From Octopus sinensis (lineage: Eukaryota): a stretch of DNA of 64,000 nucleotides. This document shows, in pieces, positions 11,116 through 25,472 of the stretch; position 1 is the first letter of the stretch, and each line of letters opens with the position of its first letter. The stretch spans positions 165,974,001 through 166,038,000 of the forward strand of contig NC_042997.1 of NCBI RefSeq assembly GCF_006345805.1. Direction: 5' to 3'. The notes beneath the pieces are model-generated. The model was given only the letters and a program-made list of their open reading frames with translations. It ran no database searches and was not told the DNA's origin. Made by a program: the position numbers and the translations under genes.

Positions 11116-14100
11116 TACATAATCTTTTCTACATAATCTTTTCTAGGCCCAAGGCCTGAATATTTTGCGGAGAGGTGTAATCGATTATATCAATCCCAGG
11201 GCTTAACTGATACTTATTTCATCAACCCACGAAAGGATAAAAGGCAAAGTCGACCTCGACGGAATTAGAGCTCAGAACGTACTGACAGACAAAATGCTGC
11301 AGGCATTTTAGCCGATGCGCTCACGGTTCTGACGGCTTTCTGCCTTTGGTTGTATAAATAATGGTACTTGAGTTTCGTGTCCAACTGTTTCTAGTTAAAA
11401 TACGTCAAGTTAGACTTTGTTGCTCATCCCTCTGTGGTTGGTAAAAATGTTCGGCGAAGACGATTTATTGTCTTTGTTTCTGCCAACTATAAATTTGCGG
11501 TTATCAATTAATATAAGAAGCTATTAATTGTACATTATAAACCATAATAATAGATAGATATAAAACATCATAACCATTAGTTGCATTCATAGTAAAAAGA
11601 ATAATAGACTGAGATGATAAAAAGGCTATGTTATTAACTATTTTGTCAGAAGTAGTAACTTGTTTTAATAAATTCTAGGCAGTATTTCTGAATTGTTTAA
11701 TCAGAGAAGGAATCTTTTCTGGACCTTCCAGATTGGTGGGAGGGAGGAAGGAATTCACCGTCTAACTGTAGACTTGGCATGAACACTTAGGACCGAATGA
11801 GCTCCGCCAAAGGCATCCAAATACAAGGTGGTGGTGTTAAACAAGCTGATGGATTAAGCCTAGAACAAAGAACAGGAAATGTCCCTCAGACAGACTTCCG
11901 CACAGTTTTCTTTTGTCAAATTTCACTCGTAACGCTTTGGACTACCCGAGGCTTCAATAGAAAACCCTTGCTCAAGGTGTCACGCTGTATGATTGAATTC
12001 TAAACTACGTAGTTGCAAAATGAACTTATCAACAATACAGCTATGCTTACACCCATCTCATTAATTTTATCACTCTTCGTTCTGAATTCAAATTCACTTA
12101 AGGATTTTATAGTTGATCTCTTCTAGGTCTATAAAATAGTACCATACTCTTTCCCTACCGAAGTTATCCCTGTACTGATATTAAAAAACATTGTTACTAA
12201 TTATACTTTTATCTCTCATCCAATATCAGCTTGAATCTACGCTGCTCAAATTTGACCGCTATCATTTGAATTGTTATTACCAATGCCACATTTTGCTTAT
12301 GTGATCTCACATATCTAAAATAATAATTATTATACATTTAACAATCAGGCCATTATATTTCTTTGTCATAAAATATTGTAAATATGAAATCAACCTGTTA
12401 TCTTTTTAAGGTTGTTAAAATAAGGACTTATGTCATTCAGGGATAAGTGACAGTTAACAAAATGGCGAATCAATAAGATCGAATTGAGAATACTTATAAC
12501 CATTCGCAAAAATCTCTTTGTTGATTAGCGAGAGAAGCTTTATGTATTTGTTCCAACTGTCAACGTAGTAGTGAAATATCCTCCCAATCTACTCTCTATT
12601 AACTATATGCGTCAATCTGAAAATATAAAATATATTACTCATGTATTACATATATGACGTACAGAGTCTTTATAGTGTGTTTGAAGTCAGTGTGTGAATG
12701 CTTTTAATACTTATCAGAAACTTGTTATATCGAATCCAATCTTTTATAGACCAAAACATGTGATTGTTAGCTAACAGCAACTTTTCTATTGTCTGATTTC
12801 GGGTTTAGATTGTTTAATTTAATTACGAAAGAGCGTCGGATTTTCCAAGACTAAATAGGATAGGGATTGTAGAAAACAGAACTAATTTTAGCCAATCTTC
12901 TTGAAATAAAATAACAGCGTTTTGTTATTCACCCGACCTTCACTTGGTTATGAAAAAGAAAATTACGCTCATAATCGGTCACAATTCCAGTTTATACATG
13001 TTCAGAATTTCTATTCATATTCATATTATCCACAGAGATTCATGTGGCTGCATTATATGCACCACAGCTTCATCTATTATAGTATCTATTTTACCTTATT
13101 CTATTTTCAGCTTTTAAGTAATTATTGATTTGCTTTTATTCTCTTTCGACTGTGATTTACTCTCCTCTCATCAAAATATGTCGTTTAATCATAATGATTG
13201 CTTGGGTAATACGGTTTACATCTTTCATTTGCAATATCTTCACATTCCAGTATTAACAAAATGTCTTTTCGTCATGATGCGTTAATTATAATGTAATTAA
13301 AAGCAAGAAGCAATGTTGCCCGAGAGAAATCTAAAGATCCATCTGTCAGTGATAAAACAGCTAAACATATTTAACTGAGTGTATGTTTGCTTCAAGTTGT
13401 AGGTCATAGGTGGTTTGAATTTTATATAGGGACACATCTTTTCAAGGAAAAAGTCGTAGCCTATGAGATATTTTCAGGTACTTCGTACAAATCCAAAGAA
13501 GGTTGAGTGCTGATGTTAGTTATTAATAGTGTTTTCAAGGATTGTAGGATGATAAATTTGTATATAGTGTTTGAATGCCTTCCAAAGGGTTGGGACTTTT
13601 TTGGCCATCACCTACGTTATGCTTTGTCATTGAGAAACCGGGAAACCGGGCTCATGAGCCTGGCTAGACTTGAGAAGGGCGCATAAATAACAAAAAATAT
13701 ATAGATATATGTGTGTATGTATATATTGTATATATTGTTATTCTGTGGGTGTATATATGTGCGTATGTATGGTATGTATATATTTATAGGTATATGTACG
13801 TGTGTGTGTGTGTGTGTGTGTGCGCGTGTGTGTGTGCATGTGTGTGTGTATATATATACATATAAATATGTATGTGTATATGTAAATGTATAAATCTGAG
13901 TAATTCCCTCTAAATACGCATATGAACCAAAACAGAATTACAAACATGTGCGATTTAATTTAATCATTAAGCTACACATGGTTGTAAATATGGAAAAAAT
14001 ATGGAAAAATTACATAAAACTTCGAAGCTGAAATCAGTGAAATCGGACCCAGGTTAGTTAAATATGACATTTTTTAGCCACAAAACTAAAAAATGTATAT

Positions 14101-14405
14101 ACTAAAACCCTTTTCTGTACAAAACCTCGTTCCCTTCCATTCTTCTCACTTTTATTATATATGTTGATATAAATTATATATACGCCAAACTCACCTTAAG
14201 AATACGCATACCAATATAAATTTAGTTGAACTGTTTGCATTTATTCTCTGAAAAAGTATCTTTATATTTATATTTTTTATACAGATAAAAACATGAAATA
14301 AAATTACACAACACACATACACACACATACACACAAACACGAACACACAAACACACACGAACACACACACACACACACCACACACACACACACACACACC
14401 ACACA

Positions 14406-14460
<55 letters not shown>

Positions 14461-14587
14461 GGAGAATTCACAAAAAACAAAAGACGAAGACAGGTGGTGT
14501 AGACAACAAACAGATGTACTAGTATAACGCTCGGGAAGTGAAAAAGTCTTTAACTTTTCGAGCCTACGCTCTTCCATATATATACGT

Positions 14588-14646
<59 letters not shown>

Positions 14647-14751
14647 AAATAAGAAAATGAAGGAATAGATTTCTTTCAATACTTTACTGGCAGTATATTG
14701 GACAAATGATATCCCATAGTGGGATTCACTCATAACTCATATCTCACTTTG

Positions 14752-14782
<31 letters not shown>

Positions 14783-15010
14783 GACTCTACAACACTGTGT
14801 ATTATTTCCGTACTTGGAATGACCAAGTTTTAAAACTGCTGGATCTCACTCATAAGGTATTAGAATCTTACATATATACTATTCTGTCTAAAAAAATGGA
14901 TATACAACTTCAATATCCCTAAATATCTTGCATATATTTTCTTTCCTCCACCCAACTCTCTATTTTGTATCATATCTAAACTAACTATGTCTTGACCATC
15001 TTCTCACACC

Positions 15011-15053
15011 GTCTCCGATGAATTAATAAATATCTCGGAAACAGCTGTAAGAC
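15011..15053 (+). ncRNA. Hammerhead-like motif with ACAGCTGT palindromic stem III
   Basis: GTCT-CCGATGA-(degenerate stem II)-GAAA-CAGCTG-TA-AGAC; stem I GTCT/AGAC. Confidence 0.55.
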
Positions 15054-15544
15054 ATACCATCAATAAATGTTTTAATATCTACACAGCCTTGGTTTTTTTT
15101 ATATCATTTCGCAATAAATTCTTATATATATTTCGTTTTTGGAATTGGTTTGCAAGATTCTTTATATGAGTTCGTGTGTTGAAGCATATTCTGTTGTGTC
15201 TGGGGAGAGTCATTTTCTTTTTGTGCCTTATAATGTAACACACTCACCGGTAAAAATTTCCACTTATTTCTTATTTTCATTTTCCTAAAATTTTCGTTGC
15301 GTTTTGCAACCTTTTCAATAGTCTTTAAAATATATATCTTTAAAATTTATTTCTGGGAAACGTTTTGAATATGCAAATAAAGTTACTATTCATTATGCTG
15401 GTCACAGTTTAGTGATGCTGACTGGCGAACCAGTTTTTTTTGTTTGTTTTTTTGGTGGGGGGTTGCATCAAGCTGTACTGATATAATGTAGGATAAATAT
15501 ACTAATAGTAACAATAATCCTTGGATGGAATTTATAAGCATTTA

Positions 15545-16380
15545 ATGCATCGCTACACGCGTTTCCAAAATTAACATGTCTCTTGAGATCACAGTCCATA
15601 TTCCTGGGATGACTACAATGTATTCCGTAGTATCGGGGGACACGGGTTGATCATCTTCATGGATTCATTTCTTCAGGTAATATAACATTAATGGATGTAC
15701 AACAGAGGGATACTTATCCTTTTTGACCAGTATGAAGGTTGAGTGAGTTATGTAGGTATTTCTGTGTGTATTTAGTGGGGAGAAGAGGAAGGTGATGGAA
15801 AGAGAGGAAGGAATGGTAGTTATATGAGGATGGAGGAGTGTGTGGTGTTGGACTTATTTTGCTATTCATTCAGCAGATGACAAGGATGAGTAGTGCATTC
15901 TTTTGTTAGATCTCATTTAAGGCATGACTATCTTCAATAATTCTGAAGTCAACAGGTCATACAGTACTGTCACTAAAGTTGTAGTTGTAATATTTGACAT
16001 GTATATAGAATGTCCGTTCATCGATAGATAGCCTGGATATTCTATTACCCACGCTTCATGGGATGCTTCGCAGTATATATTCCGGGTGGTTAGATCCTCG
16101 GTTCGCATATTTTAAGTTCTCATTCGGCTTATGGAACGGTTCGAACTTACCAACAATGAGGCTATGTTTTACGTTTAGGAATTTTATCACTTCCAATCCA
16201 AAGTTCTTAAATAATTTTAAAAAGTTTTTTCTTGCATCTTTCTATTTCTACGTTGCTACTTTTTTGTATACTGAACAATGCGTCGTCCCTGTATAATCCT
16301 TCCCCTATGCTCAGTAACCAATAATCTATTTGCGATAATAAGTACACACCTACCATATCCGTAACTTGCGCGGAGTCATT
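15545..16380 (-). mobile_element. 5'-truncated Penelope-like retroelement: RT fragment plus hammerhead-bearing 3' repeat
   Basis: Minus frames give DSAQVTDMVGVYLLSQI...GLYRDDAL and GKFEPFHKPNENLKYANRGSNHPEYILRSIP, which are PLE RT motifs, with a frameshift and stops. No GIY-YIG domain recognised. Confidence 0.8.
15548..15682 (-). ncRNA. Hammerhead-like motif with a ~104-nt insert in stem II
   Basis: TATTAC-CTGAAGA-[104 nt]-GAAA-CGCGTG-TA-GCGATG; homologous to 44484-44605 and downstream of a same-strand Penelope-type RT fragment. Confidence 0.55.
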
Positions 16381-17202
16381 TAGACCCTATTGTTATGTCG
16401 GATGAATCAATCCTGTCTGATCTAGTCCGGAGCTTACCTCCGTATTCTATCATAGGAAAATACTAAGAATAAAAGATATATGGCGGGCACAGTGTATTGC
16501 AGTGAAAAGCATTAATTCTCGCAGACACTGCCATAGCATGTATAATCACTTTCAAGCAAATAGGCATATCTACAATGACTCCAAAAAACTACTATAACAA
16601 CTGTTCTAAAACTTTTATCCTTTCTACTCAATCAAAACAAATTCAACCCACTCTTAACATAAAAACATATGTAGCATCAAAGACTCCTTGATTCTAAACT
16701 TTGCGCTGGGATGCACAACGTCAATCGTAAGTGCCGGGAAACGGCAAAAAAAGCAATACAGCAACTATCACCCTTTATGAGATTCCATCTTGCGCATCTC
16801 AGTTATTGCCATAATCAGAATCTGCAAGAGTGCATGGCCCACAACTAAGCAGTCTTGGTATATCTGAAACAGTAGATCTATGGAAAACACCTTAACATTG
16901 CTTGACTACGTACGTGCAATAGATTAACTCGATTACAGTCGAGTCTGAGATACACAACAATAGGAGAGAGACTAAAGCACCAACACCTCAACGTATCACT
17001 TTACTTAACCCTTCACTCCCACTCATGAAATTGGAAATAGAAAAAAATAAAAAGCAAAAATAATTACAAAATGATACCTAGCAAAGTATTGCAACAAGAT
17101 AAAGGCCATTTGAGCTGCCAGAAGTTATAAAATCACATTCACTTGTAGATTTGACAAAGATAAACAATGAACGCTTGCCAGTTTCGTCATTTGAATCATC
17201 CG

Positions 17203-17235
<33 letters not shown>

Positions 17236-17695
17236 TAAAAAACTACGGCCGTCCCTTGAGATCGGATCGCCAGGCGTTCATGTAGTCACGAGCACATATA
17301 AATAACTTCTCAATCTTCTCACACTTGACCCCGTGGGATATCAAAGACGTAAGAGATGGAGAGAGAAAAGGTGGAGTTCTGCAACAGTACTGGGGTGGCA
17401 TAGATCCCGAAAAGACGATAGTCTTTTGGTTATTGTTGCGATATTCATAAAAGTTTCATACTATATGAACTCAAGTGAATTCCGAATTTCTTATTGTGAA
17501 GCGAAGTGAAAATCAAGCTCCAGCAGTGATGGACAACAGCAACAAATTTTTTCCCTTTCAAACAACATCCTGTTATAAAGACGAAAGAACATTTCGTGGG
17601 CTTTAGATATATTTATGTTTGAAAATAGGAAGGAACGATAATGAATGCAATGCTTTTTCTTATAGATCGGCTTATCTGGTGCAAAAATACCAGTA

Positions 17696-17914
17696 CGGTA
17701 ATCCCCCGACTATCGCGTGTGTTACGTTCCAAAACCCCCTGCGATAAGTGAAAATCCGCGAAGTAGAAACAGTACTGTATATATTCTTTTTGTCATTTTT
17801 ATAATTTGTATTTATTTATTTTATTATAAATGCAAGACAACACCACGGAGGAATCAACGTAAGCTTAAATAATAAACCGCGATAGGTGAAGTGCGATATG
17901 GCGATGGATTACTG
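17696..17914. mobile_element. Tigger/pogo-like MITE, TA target site
   Basis: ta|cggtaatcccccgactatcgc ... gcgatatggcgatggattactg|ta. Confidence 0.7.
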
Positions 17915-19028
17915 TATAGAAAATTTATTCCTAGCACTTCCGTACTCCTATTAGATCCCAGAAATTAAGAATTAAAATTTTTGGTCCATAGTCATTTGTA
18001 GACTTGCAAAAGGGAAATACTGAATTTGCAATTTTAGAAAATAGAGCAACTTATCAAAAAATGTCCCCACCTCTACTGTAATCGAATTCTATGGATTTGC
18101 TTAACATGTTCCGCGAGGTAAGAAGTATTTTAGAAAGATGAGGGGATTAATTCATTAACAATCATAGAAGCCAATTGTAAAATAGTTAATTGGGTTATTA
18201 TTATCGATTAACAGTTTCACCTGAATATCCTTCGTAATCTCTTTTATACTTGTATACTTGTATCTTTTGTAGTAGCTATCGTGACGTAAAATGTAAACTT
18301 GCACCGAACTCTGACTTCGACACAATTTTGACTCTTGATTTAAGCCATTTCAATTAATTCATTTACACTACTATTAGCTTCTGTTTCCGATTGCTAGCTG
18401 AACGTATGCCACTTTATCTCTACTGCTACATTCCTTGAAGTTGACAATTATATTTCTTCGTTGTAATTTTGTGTGATTGTTGCCGAACTAAGAAGCGATA
18501 TTTCTTACTCTAATGTACAGAGGAGAACAAAGAAAACCGAATAGCGATACGAGAGAGTCCCAGATAACTAAGTCAGCGGACGACTAAGACTAGAATCACT
18601 TGGATGACCGATACAAGAAACACCTGGATAACTGAAACATCAGATGTATATAGTTTGACGGCATTTCGCTTCGATAGCAGTGTCGCAGCGGGGGAAGGTG
18701 AAGGAGCGGTACGCTTCAGGCTACGCATTTATGGGCGCGGCACTTTTGGGCTACCTGAATAAACTTGTATAAGAGGTAAGGATGCAGGAGAGAGGCGGAA
18801 TACTCATGGGCTGCTCGGGTGGTACATACTCAAGCTACGCTACTTATCGACATCTTAACTCTTCGGATTTAGTACTTTCATCCCTTTCCAAGAAACATGC
18901 GTCACACAAAGGAAGAGAGGGGATCACTAGCTGTCCGCTTACTTGATTTCTCGAGTACTTATATCTGCCTCTGTTCTAGTGCTCTCACTTAAATAATTCC
19001 CTATTCAGATACACATTTATATTATATA

Positions 19029-19406
19029 CACTTGCGTCAGAAATTAATTAGCACTTCTCAAATTTCTACATTAAATAGGTTAAATTAATTAACCTATGAG
19101 CTGTTCAAAACGTCTTACGCGATGAGAAAACTTAGTATGGTGATTTCGGTCCTTGCGAGGCGCTACCTATATCTATTAAACAAAGGAAGATTTGTCTGCA
19201 TCCGCACTCCAAGTTGTTGTTGCACTGCTATGTCAACATCATAAGGCTGTAGACTCTCAAACTGCTCTGCAAACAAAGTTACGTCATCGTTCTGCGCAAC
19301 AGTGAACTCGCAACAAAGCAATAGTTCGAGATATGGCCACTAGGTGACAGCACATACCTTGAGTGAAGAGCAAATCAAGGGTGCTAATTAATTTCTGACG
19401 GTAGTG
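19029..19406. mobile_element. Tc1/mariner-type MITE, TA target site
   Basis: ta|cacttgcgtcagaaattaattagcac ... gtgctaattaatttctgacggtagtg|ta. Confidence 0.8.
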
Positions 19407-20577
19407 TACAACTGAAATTTATAGCGCTTGTCTTTTGTTCGATGGTGGAATGAATTAGTTTTATTCAGAAATCGAAACTCGCAGACTGTTGCTTGATTTC
19501 ATTTTCATATATAAAAGTATTAAAAATAAAATAAAAGAATGGTTCCTAACATTGGATCGAAACCTCAAATTTAGAGAAGTGGAAGTGGAGTATGGTTAAT
19601 TTAATCGGTCCTAGGACTTGATTAGTACTTGTTTTAACAATTGTGGAAAGGTGAAAACCCAAGTTAGATTCGATGGAGTTTGAACTCAGAATGAATTGAA
19701 ATGCGAATGGGTGTGAATGTGAGTTGAGAAGATGAAATATCTGATTTTCGAAAAGATATAAATAAATGAAAAGACAGAAAAAGAAAACGACGAAAAATCT
19801 AAAATAAATGTATAATTAAAAAAAAAAAAAAACGCATAATAGATTTATAGCTGTCCGGCAATAAAGTATCTTCTCTCAAGGTCGTTCTTTTGCGACGCGA
19901 GGATTTGATACTTTTACAAGTGATAAGATGATAAGCTGCTCAATGAAATAAGGCCATCTGTTTGATCTAACGCAATCGTTTACCAGTATTACGTCTTACT
20001 CGAATATTCTCTTCTTTACCACTTCCTCTGTTATAAATGTATTTATTTATTTATTTATTTATTTTGCAGCCAGTTTCGTTTACAGATATTTCTTCCGTCT
20101 CATATTAACACTATGACGGTAAAGCTCTCGTTTGCCAACAGCAAGTGTCGAAATGGTTGTGCTCTTTAGAAGTGATATGCTGTTTGATTATTGCATGGGC
20201 AATAATCAAACAGATGTCTAAAACTTGAGATGAAACAGAGATCCGAAAGGAGTTGAAATAAATTTCCGACAATTGGTTTGTGTGTGTGTGTGTGTGCGTG
20301 TGTGTGTGTGTGAGTATCTCCATCTCATCTCTATATATACACATACACATACATACATACATATATATGTATATATATATATATTCTCTTATATGTTTCA
20401 GTTTAATGACTGTGGCCATGCTGGAGCACCATATATATATATATATATATTGAACAGCCGAAATTTGCTATGATGATTCGGTGTCTGACTGAAGATTGAA
20501 GGCTTCGAATGATTTGTCTGTGTTCCGTGTTCGTCCCTTCCTGTATTTCACGTTCATTATATATAAAAACATTTATT

Positions 20578-20619
<42 letters not shown>

Positions 20620-20722
20620 AACAAACTGAGGAAAAGAAATCCTTCGAAGAGGTGTGTTAAACATCCATTTCACTGGTACGTCAGTTGAATACCATATAAA
20701 TATTGGTATAATGCAATTATAA

Positions 20723-21926
20723 AGATAAATCAAATAGAGAGATACTATTGACAATCCAATACTCTAATTTATATTACAATATTACATGATATACTATGAA
20801 TATAATATAACATAGCATAATATTATATAACATAAACAATTATTAAAAAAGACATAAAAGGCCAACAAATTGTTTCGGCTTATATATATTTTTTCTGATA
20901 TACATGCATAATAACAGTTCCCTTATATATAAAGTCACTTCAGAGTCATGATTTTAAGATAGATGAAATTTCGTGTAAAGGGACGGCTGAATTGTAAAAA
21001 TTAATTCAAATGTCTATGTATTATGATTGTGAGCGTTAACTATTCAATCATTACAGCAATTGCAATTAAAAAACAACAAAATCACTTTAACGGACGATAC
21101 AACCAAGTGAGTGGAATCCAAAATCCATTGAAATTCACTTAATTACAACTCAAACACATACCAATTGAAACCCTTTCATGTCAAAGATACTCCCTTGTCA
21201 CCACAACATACAAGATATGTGTGTATATAAATGTATATAATTAAGTATCTGTCATCCCCTATGTATAACTGCAACAAAAAATATATAAACAATTACATCC
21301 TCAATACTACAACTCTTTTATTTATTTAAATTAACTGATATAAAAAAATATTAACTAAATTCAGTAATAATCATCTTCCATATTTATTATTTTCTCGAAG
21401 GGATAATTCTGTAATAGATATGAATAGAAATCTAATAAAAAGTTTACTTAATTTATCGTAGGAAGAATTCCGTAATAAGTTTTAATATATAAGGGTTTCA
21501 GTTGGTATGTTTGAGATGTAATGAAGTGAATTCCGATGGTTTTGGATTCCACTTACTTGGTTGTATCGTCCGTTAAAGTGTTTTTATTGTATTTTTAAAC
21601 TGTAAATGATGTGTGATTGAAGAGTTAACGCTCACGTTCATAATACATAGAAATTTGAATTAATTTTTACAATCCAGCCGCCCTTTCACACAGAATATTG
21701 TCTATCTTGAAACCATGACCCTGAAGTGACTTTATATATAGGGGAACTGTTATTATGTATGTATATCAGAAAAAATGTATGTAAGTCGAAAAAATTTGTT
21801 GGCCTTTTATGCTTTTTTAAACTAATCGTTAATTTTATATAATGTTATGTTATATTATATTCATAGTATATCATATAATACTGTAAGATAAATAAATTAT
21901 TATATTGTCAATAGTATCTCTCTAGT

Positions 21927-21931
<5 letters not shown>
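20723..21931. repeat. Long inverted repeat (foldback): arms ~20723-21176 and ~21495-21931, ~320-nt spacer
   Basis: Arms match by eye over ~450 nt (e.g. cactttaacggacgatacaaccaagt / acttggttgtatcgtccgttaaagtg); probably Penelope-type inverted terminal repeats. Confidence 0.85.
21717..21804 (+). ncRNA. Hammerhead-like motif (CTGAAGT core variant, long stem II) in the right arm of a long inverted repeat
   Basis: GACC-CTGAAGT-GACTT..AAGTC-GAAA-AAATTTG-TT-GGCC; the mirror copy at 20860-20947 (-) reads GAAA-CAATTTG-TT. Confidence 0.45.
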
Positions 21932-22024
<93 letters not shown>

Positions 22025-22053
22025 GTCTGTCTGTCTGTCTGTCTGTCTATTTA

Positions 22054-22089
<36 letters not shown>

Positions 22090-22204
22090 CTGTAATTCGG
22101 TGATTCGGTAATTCGCGTAAATGGACATCTATCGAGACCTTTCGACATTGCACGTTCGCTTCTCTACGTATTGACTCTCGAGCCATTATTGTGGAAGCTG
22201 GCAA

Positions 22205-22236
<32 letters not shown>

Positions 22237-22529
22237 GCACATAAGTACATATACCGAATGCAATGGGTAAATTGTCGCCATTTTATATTTTCAGTTTTGT
22301 GCATGTGTATTGTTTGTTTTTGATTTTGTCGACTACGCAGTGTAGTAGAGTCAGTTGGGCACCTTCTGTGAGAAAATCTGGACCATGACGCAATTCACTC
22401 AGCCAGAAATTTGGAAACAACATGCTCTACTGGTTAACATTGGCTGCAATACGAGGCTTCAATACGAACAATTCAGTGATAGTGCGTCAATCTGAGGACA
22501 GTACAATCTGAGAACATGTACCGAGAGTG

Positions 22530-23075
22530 ATAAAAATCAACGTTATGCTTCCATTCAACTTTCCACACGCCCTCAGACTCAACACGAAGGCCTACGTCAA
22601 ATTCCTGGAGGAGTTAGTGCTGCCCTGGGTCAAGAGGGTGGCTGTTTGAAGACCCTATGTCTGGCAACAAGACTCTGCACCATACCACACAAGCGGGAGA
22701 ACCTAGTCATGGCTGTCAGAAAATTTCTGCGACCACATCACCCCTATAATCTGGCCACCTAACTCCCCAGATTGCAATCCCATTGATTATTATGAGTGGG
22801 CGCAGTTGAACGGGAGACCAACGGGAGACCTTGTAACACCAAAGATAAAATGAGGCAACGATTATGGCAGCATTCACCAACTGAAACAAGCAGATCGACC
22901 AGAAGAGTTGCAGGAGATTCTGAAGTCGTCTGGAGGCCATGGTTGAAGCCAATAGCGATTTTATTGAATAAAATTACTCTTTAATATATCAAGATATTTT
23001 AATGCAATTTTGGTAAATATATCAGTTTAAAATGAGATGTCAGTATTATTTTCATTTCTGCGTCATTTAAACGAC
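22530..23075 (+). mobile_element. Degenerate Tc1/mariner DD37D (maT-type) transposase 3' fragment
   Basis: YVWQQDSAPYHT...WPPNSPDCNPIDYY; 37 residues between the last two D; internal stops. Confidence 0.85.
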
Positions 23076-23639
23076 AGTTTATTCAACGCGCGCGCGCACG
23101 CGCACACACGAACTCATTCACACATACATACATTATATGTATGACCTCTTTGTAAGAAAACTAACCCTTCAAAACTACTTTTGTTAATATTTCCTTTTTA
23201 ATATGCGCCTCATTTCAAGGCGGTAAGCTGAGCAAAATACTTTGTGGTATATTTTTCCGTCTTTACGTTCTGAGTTCAGATTCTGCCCAGGTCGACTTTG
23301 CCTTTCGTACTTTCGGGATCGATAAATTAAATACCATTTGAGCATTAGGGTCGATATAATCGACTTACCCCACTTCCATAAAACCTATCTATCTATCTAT
23401 AGATAAGGTAGTCTCTAAAGGGTAAATCCCCCCTTCGGTCATGAATGACCGTGGCATTGCACTTAAGAAGTTCCCCTCCGAGGCACAGATCCAGGTAAGA
23501 TTGTTTATAAAAGATTAGCAATTGCCCATGCATACCCTCTTTACGCCACCGATGTTATCCTAGGGAAAGGTAAAGGTCGATACAGCTTGGCACCGCTGAT
23601 ATCGCAACTAATTTCTATAGATAAGTGAACTGGTGCAAC

Positions 23640-24465
23640 GGGATGTCTATGTGCTTAGCAACAGCACCAAATGGTGAAGCAATATTCACCTATTGCCCTC
23701 ACTTGTGTCAGTAGCTGTTGGAGACTGAAATATTTTCTGGTTTTAAAAAGAAGAACCAATCTGCGGGATGCGGTCCTAGCTATGCTAAGTATATTCCTTC
23801 ATTGGGAAAGATCTTCTGTGACAAACCGATCATTTCGAGCGACTGTGAGGGATCTAGCAGAGTACCGCTAAAGTTTAGTGGGAGTGTGTTACGGTGGTGA
23901 TTTTTTTTTTTATATATGAGTAGTATTAGATTTTTTTTGTCTTTAAAAGTGATGTGGTTGACAATACTCCATTGAAGGATACTCTGAAGGTTTCCATTTA
24001 TGGAATCAATGCAGGTTTGGGGTTTTAGAGTCTATGATGCAGGTGGGTGATGCATGGTTAGCAAAAGTTGCAGAGAAATGAAAAGTTGTGTCACCTGCGT
24101 AAGAGTGGATGTGGCGGCAAACAGATCATTGGTGTATAGAAGGAAAAGACATGGGGACAAAACCGAACCTTGGAGAACATTAGAGTTAATTAAGAGTAAG
24201 AAGAGCTCTGTTAATGGATGCCGCCGTGGTGCGATCTGATAGAATGTTGTACATCTAAGGAATGAGAGATGGGTGGAACCTAAAGAAGAGGAGTTTTGAT
24301 AAAAAAAAAAAAAACTTTACCTACCAGATATAAACGAAGGCTTTGCAACAATATTGATTTCACTGAACTATTCCAAAGTGAGGTCTCAATGGCAAATGGC
24401 AAGAAAATAGATTTCCTTTGAAGTTGGACTTCGGAAGCCGCACTTATGGTCACTAAGGAAGACGC

Positions 24466-24551
<86 letters not shown>

Positions 24552-24609
24552 CAGACAGACAGACTGACTGACTGAGAGAGAGAGAGAGAGAGAAACAGAC
24601 AGACAGACT

Positions 24610-24641
<32 letters not shown>

Positions 24642-25200
24642 GCCAGACAGACAGATTGAAAGAGAGAGAGATTCAGTGTTGAGAACTTCGTTATAAGTTA
24701 TCCTCATTATCTTAGAGATGATAGATGCGTGGGCAACTGAATGGTAGTTGACTGGGTCAAAAGTGGGTTTGCCTTCCTCTCGAATGGGATACAAAAGCCA
24801 GGATATATCCCAGTGGAATGTGAGAGAATGAGAGATTAGAGGGTGAATGATTAAAGACAGATGGTTTAAAGAGTGAAGTATTAAAAAGTTCGGTAAGTAA
24901 AGAAGCAAGTTCTAGGCTCAATGTTTGAATATAATGGAAGTGACATGGTCTGATTGGTTTGAAGTTACCTGAATTATTTCCGCACCTGGCATGTGTGTAT
25001 GCCAAGGGGGAAGATTTGGTGAAGTTTACTCAAGCGTACCTAGTTTGGAGCTGGATATAAAGCGAACAGCCATCAATGTTCAGAGCAAAGGAAAAAGGGA
25101 TGCTTTACAGTTTATGAAAATTCTTTTGAGAAGGTACCAGAAAGAACGGAAGCAATAAGGAGGCGAGAATGTCTGAAAGTCATGTGGTATACGAAGACAT
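23640..25200 (-). mobile_element. Degenerate CR1/L2-type LINE reverse transcriptase, interrupted by a (GA)n array
   Basis: TLSLELASLLTELFNTSL, DPVNYHSVAHASIISKIM and INSNVLQGSVLSPCLFLLYTNDL motifs. Confidence 0.75.
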
Positions 25201-25319
25201 CACATGACCCGACCCTCAAACATTTGTAGACTGGGTTGTGATATTACAACAGTTGCGCTGTTGGGTGGATGCTGCCGAGGTTTTAGGAGCGAGAGATATT
25301 CTCTAGGTATTCTAGGTTT

Positions 25320-25401
<82 letters not shown>

Positions 25402-25419
25402 TACATACGTACACACACA

Positions 25420-25472
<53 letters not shown>

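Noticed and set aside
20455-20510. Possible permuted hammerhead: cagccGAAA...CTGACTGAAGA
   Set aside because: Stems I and II do not pair convincingly in this copy.
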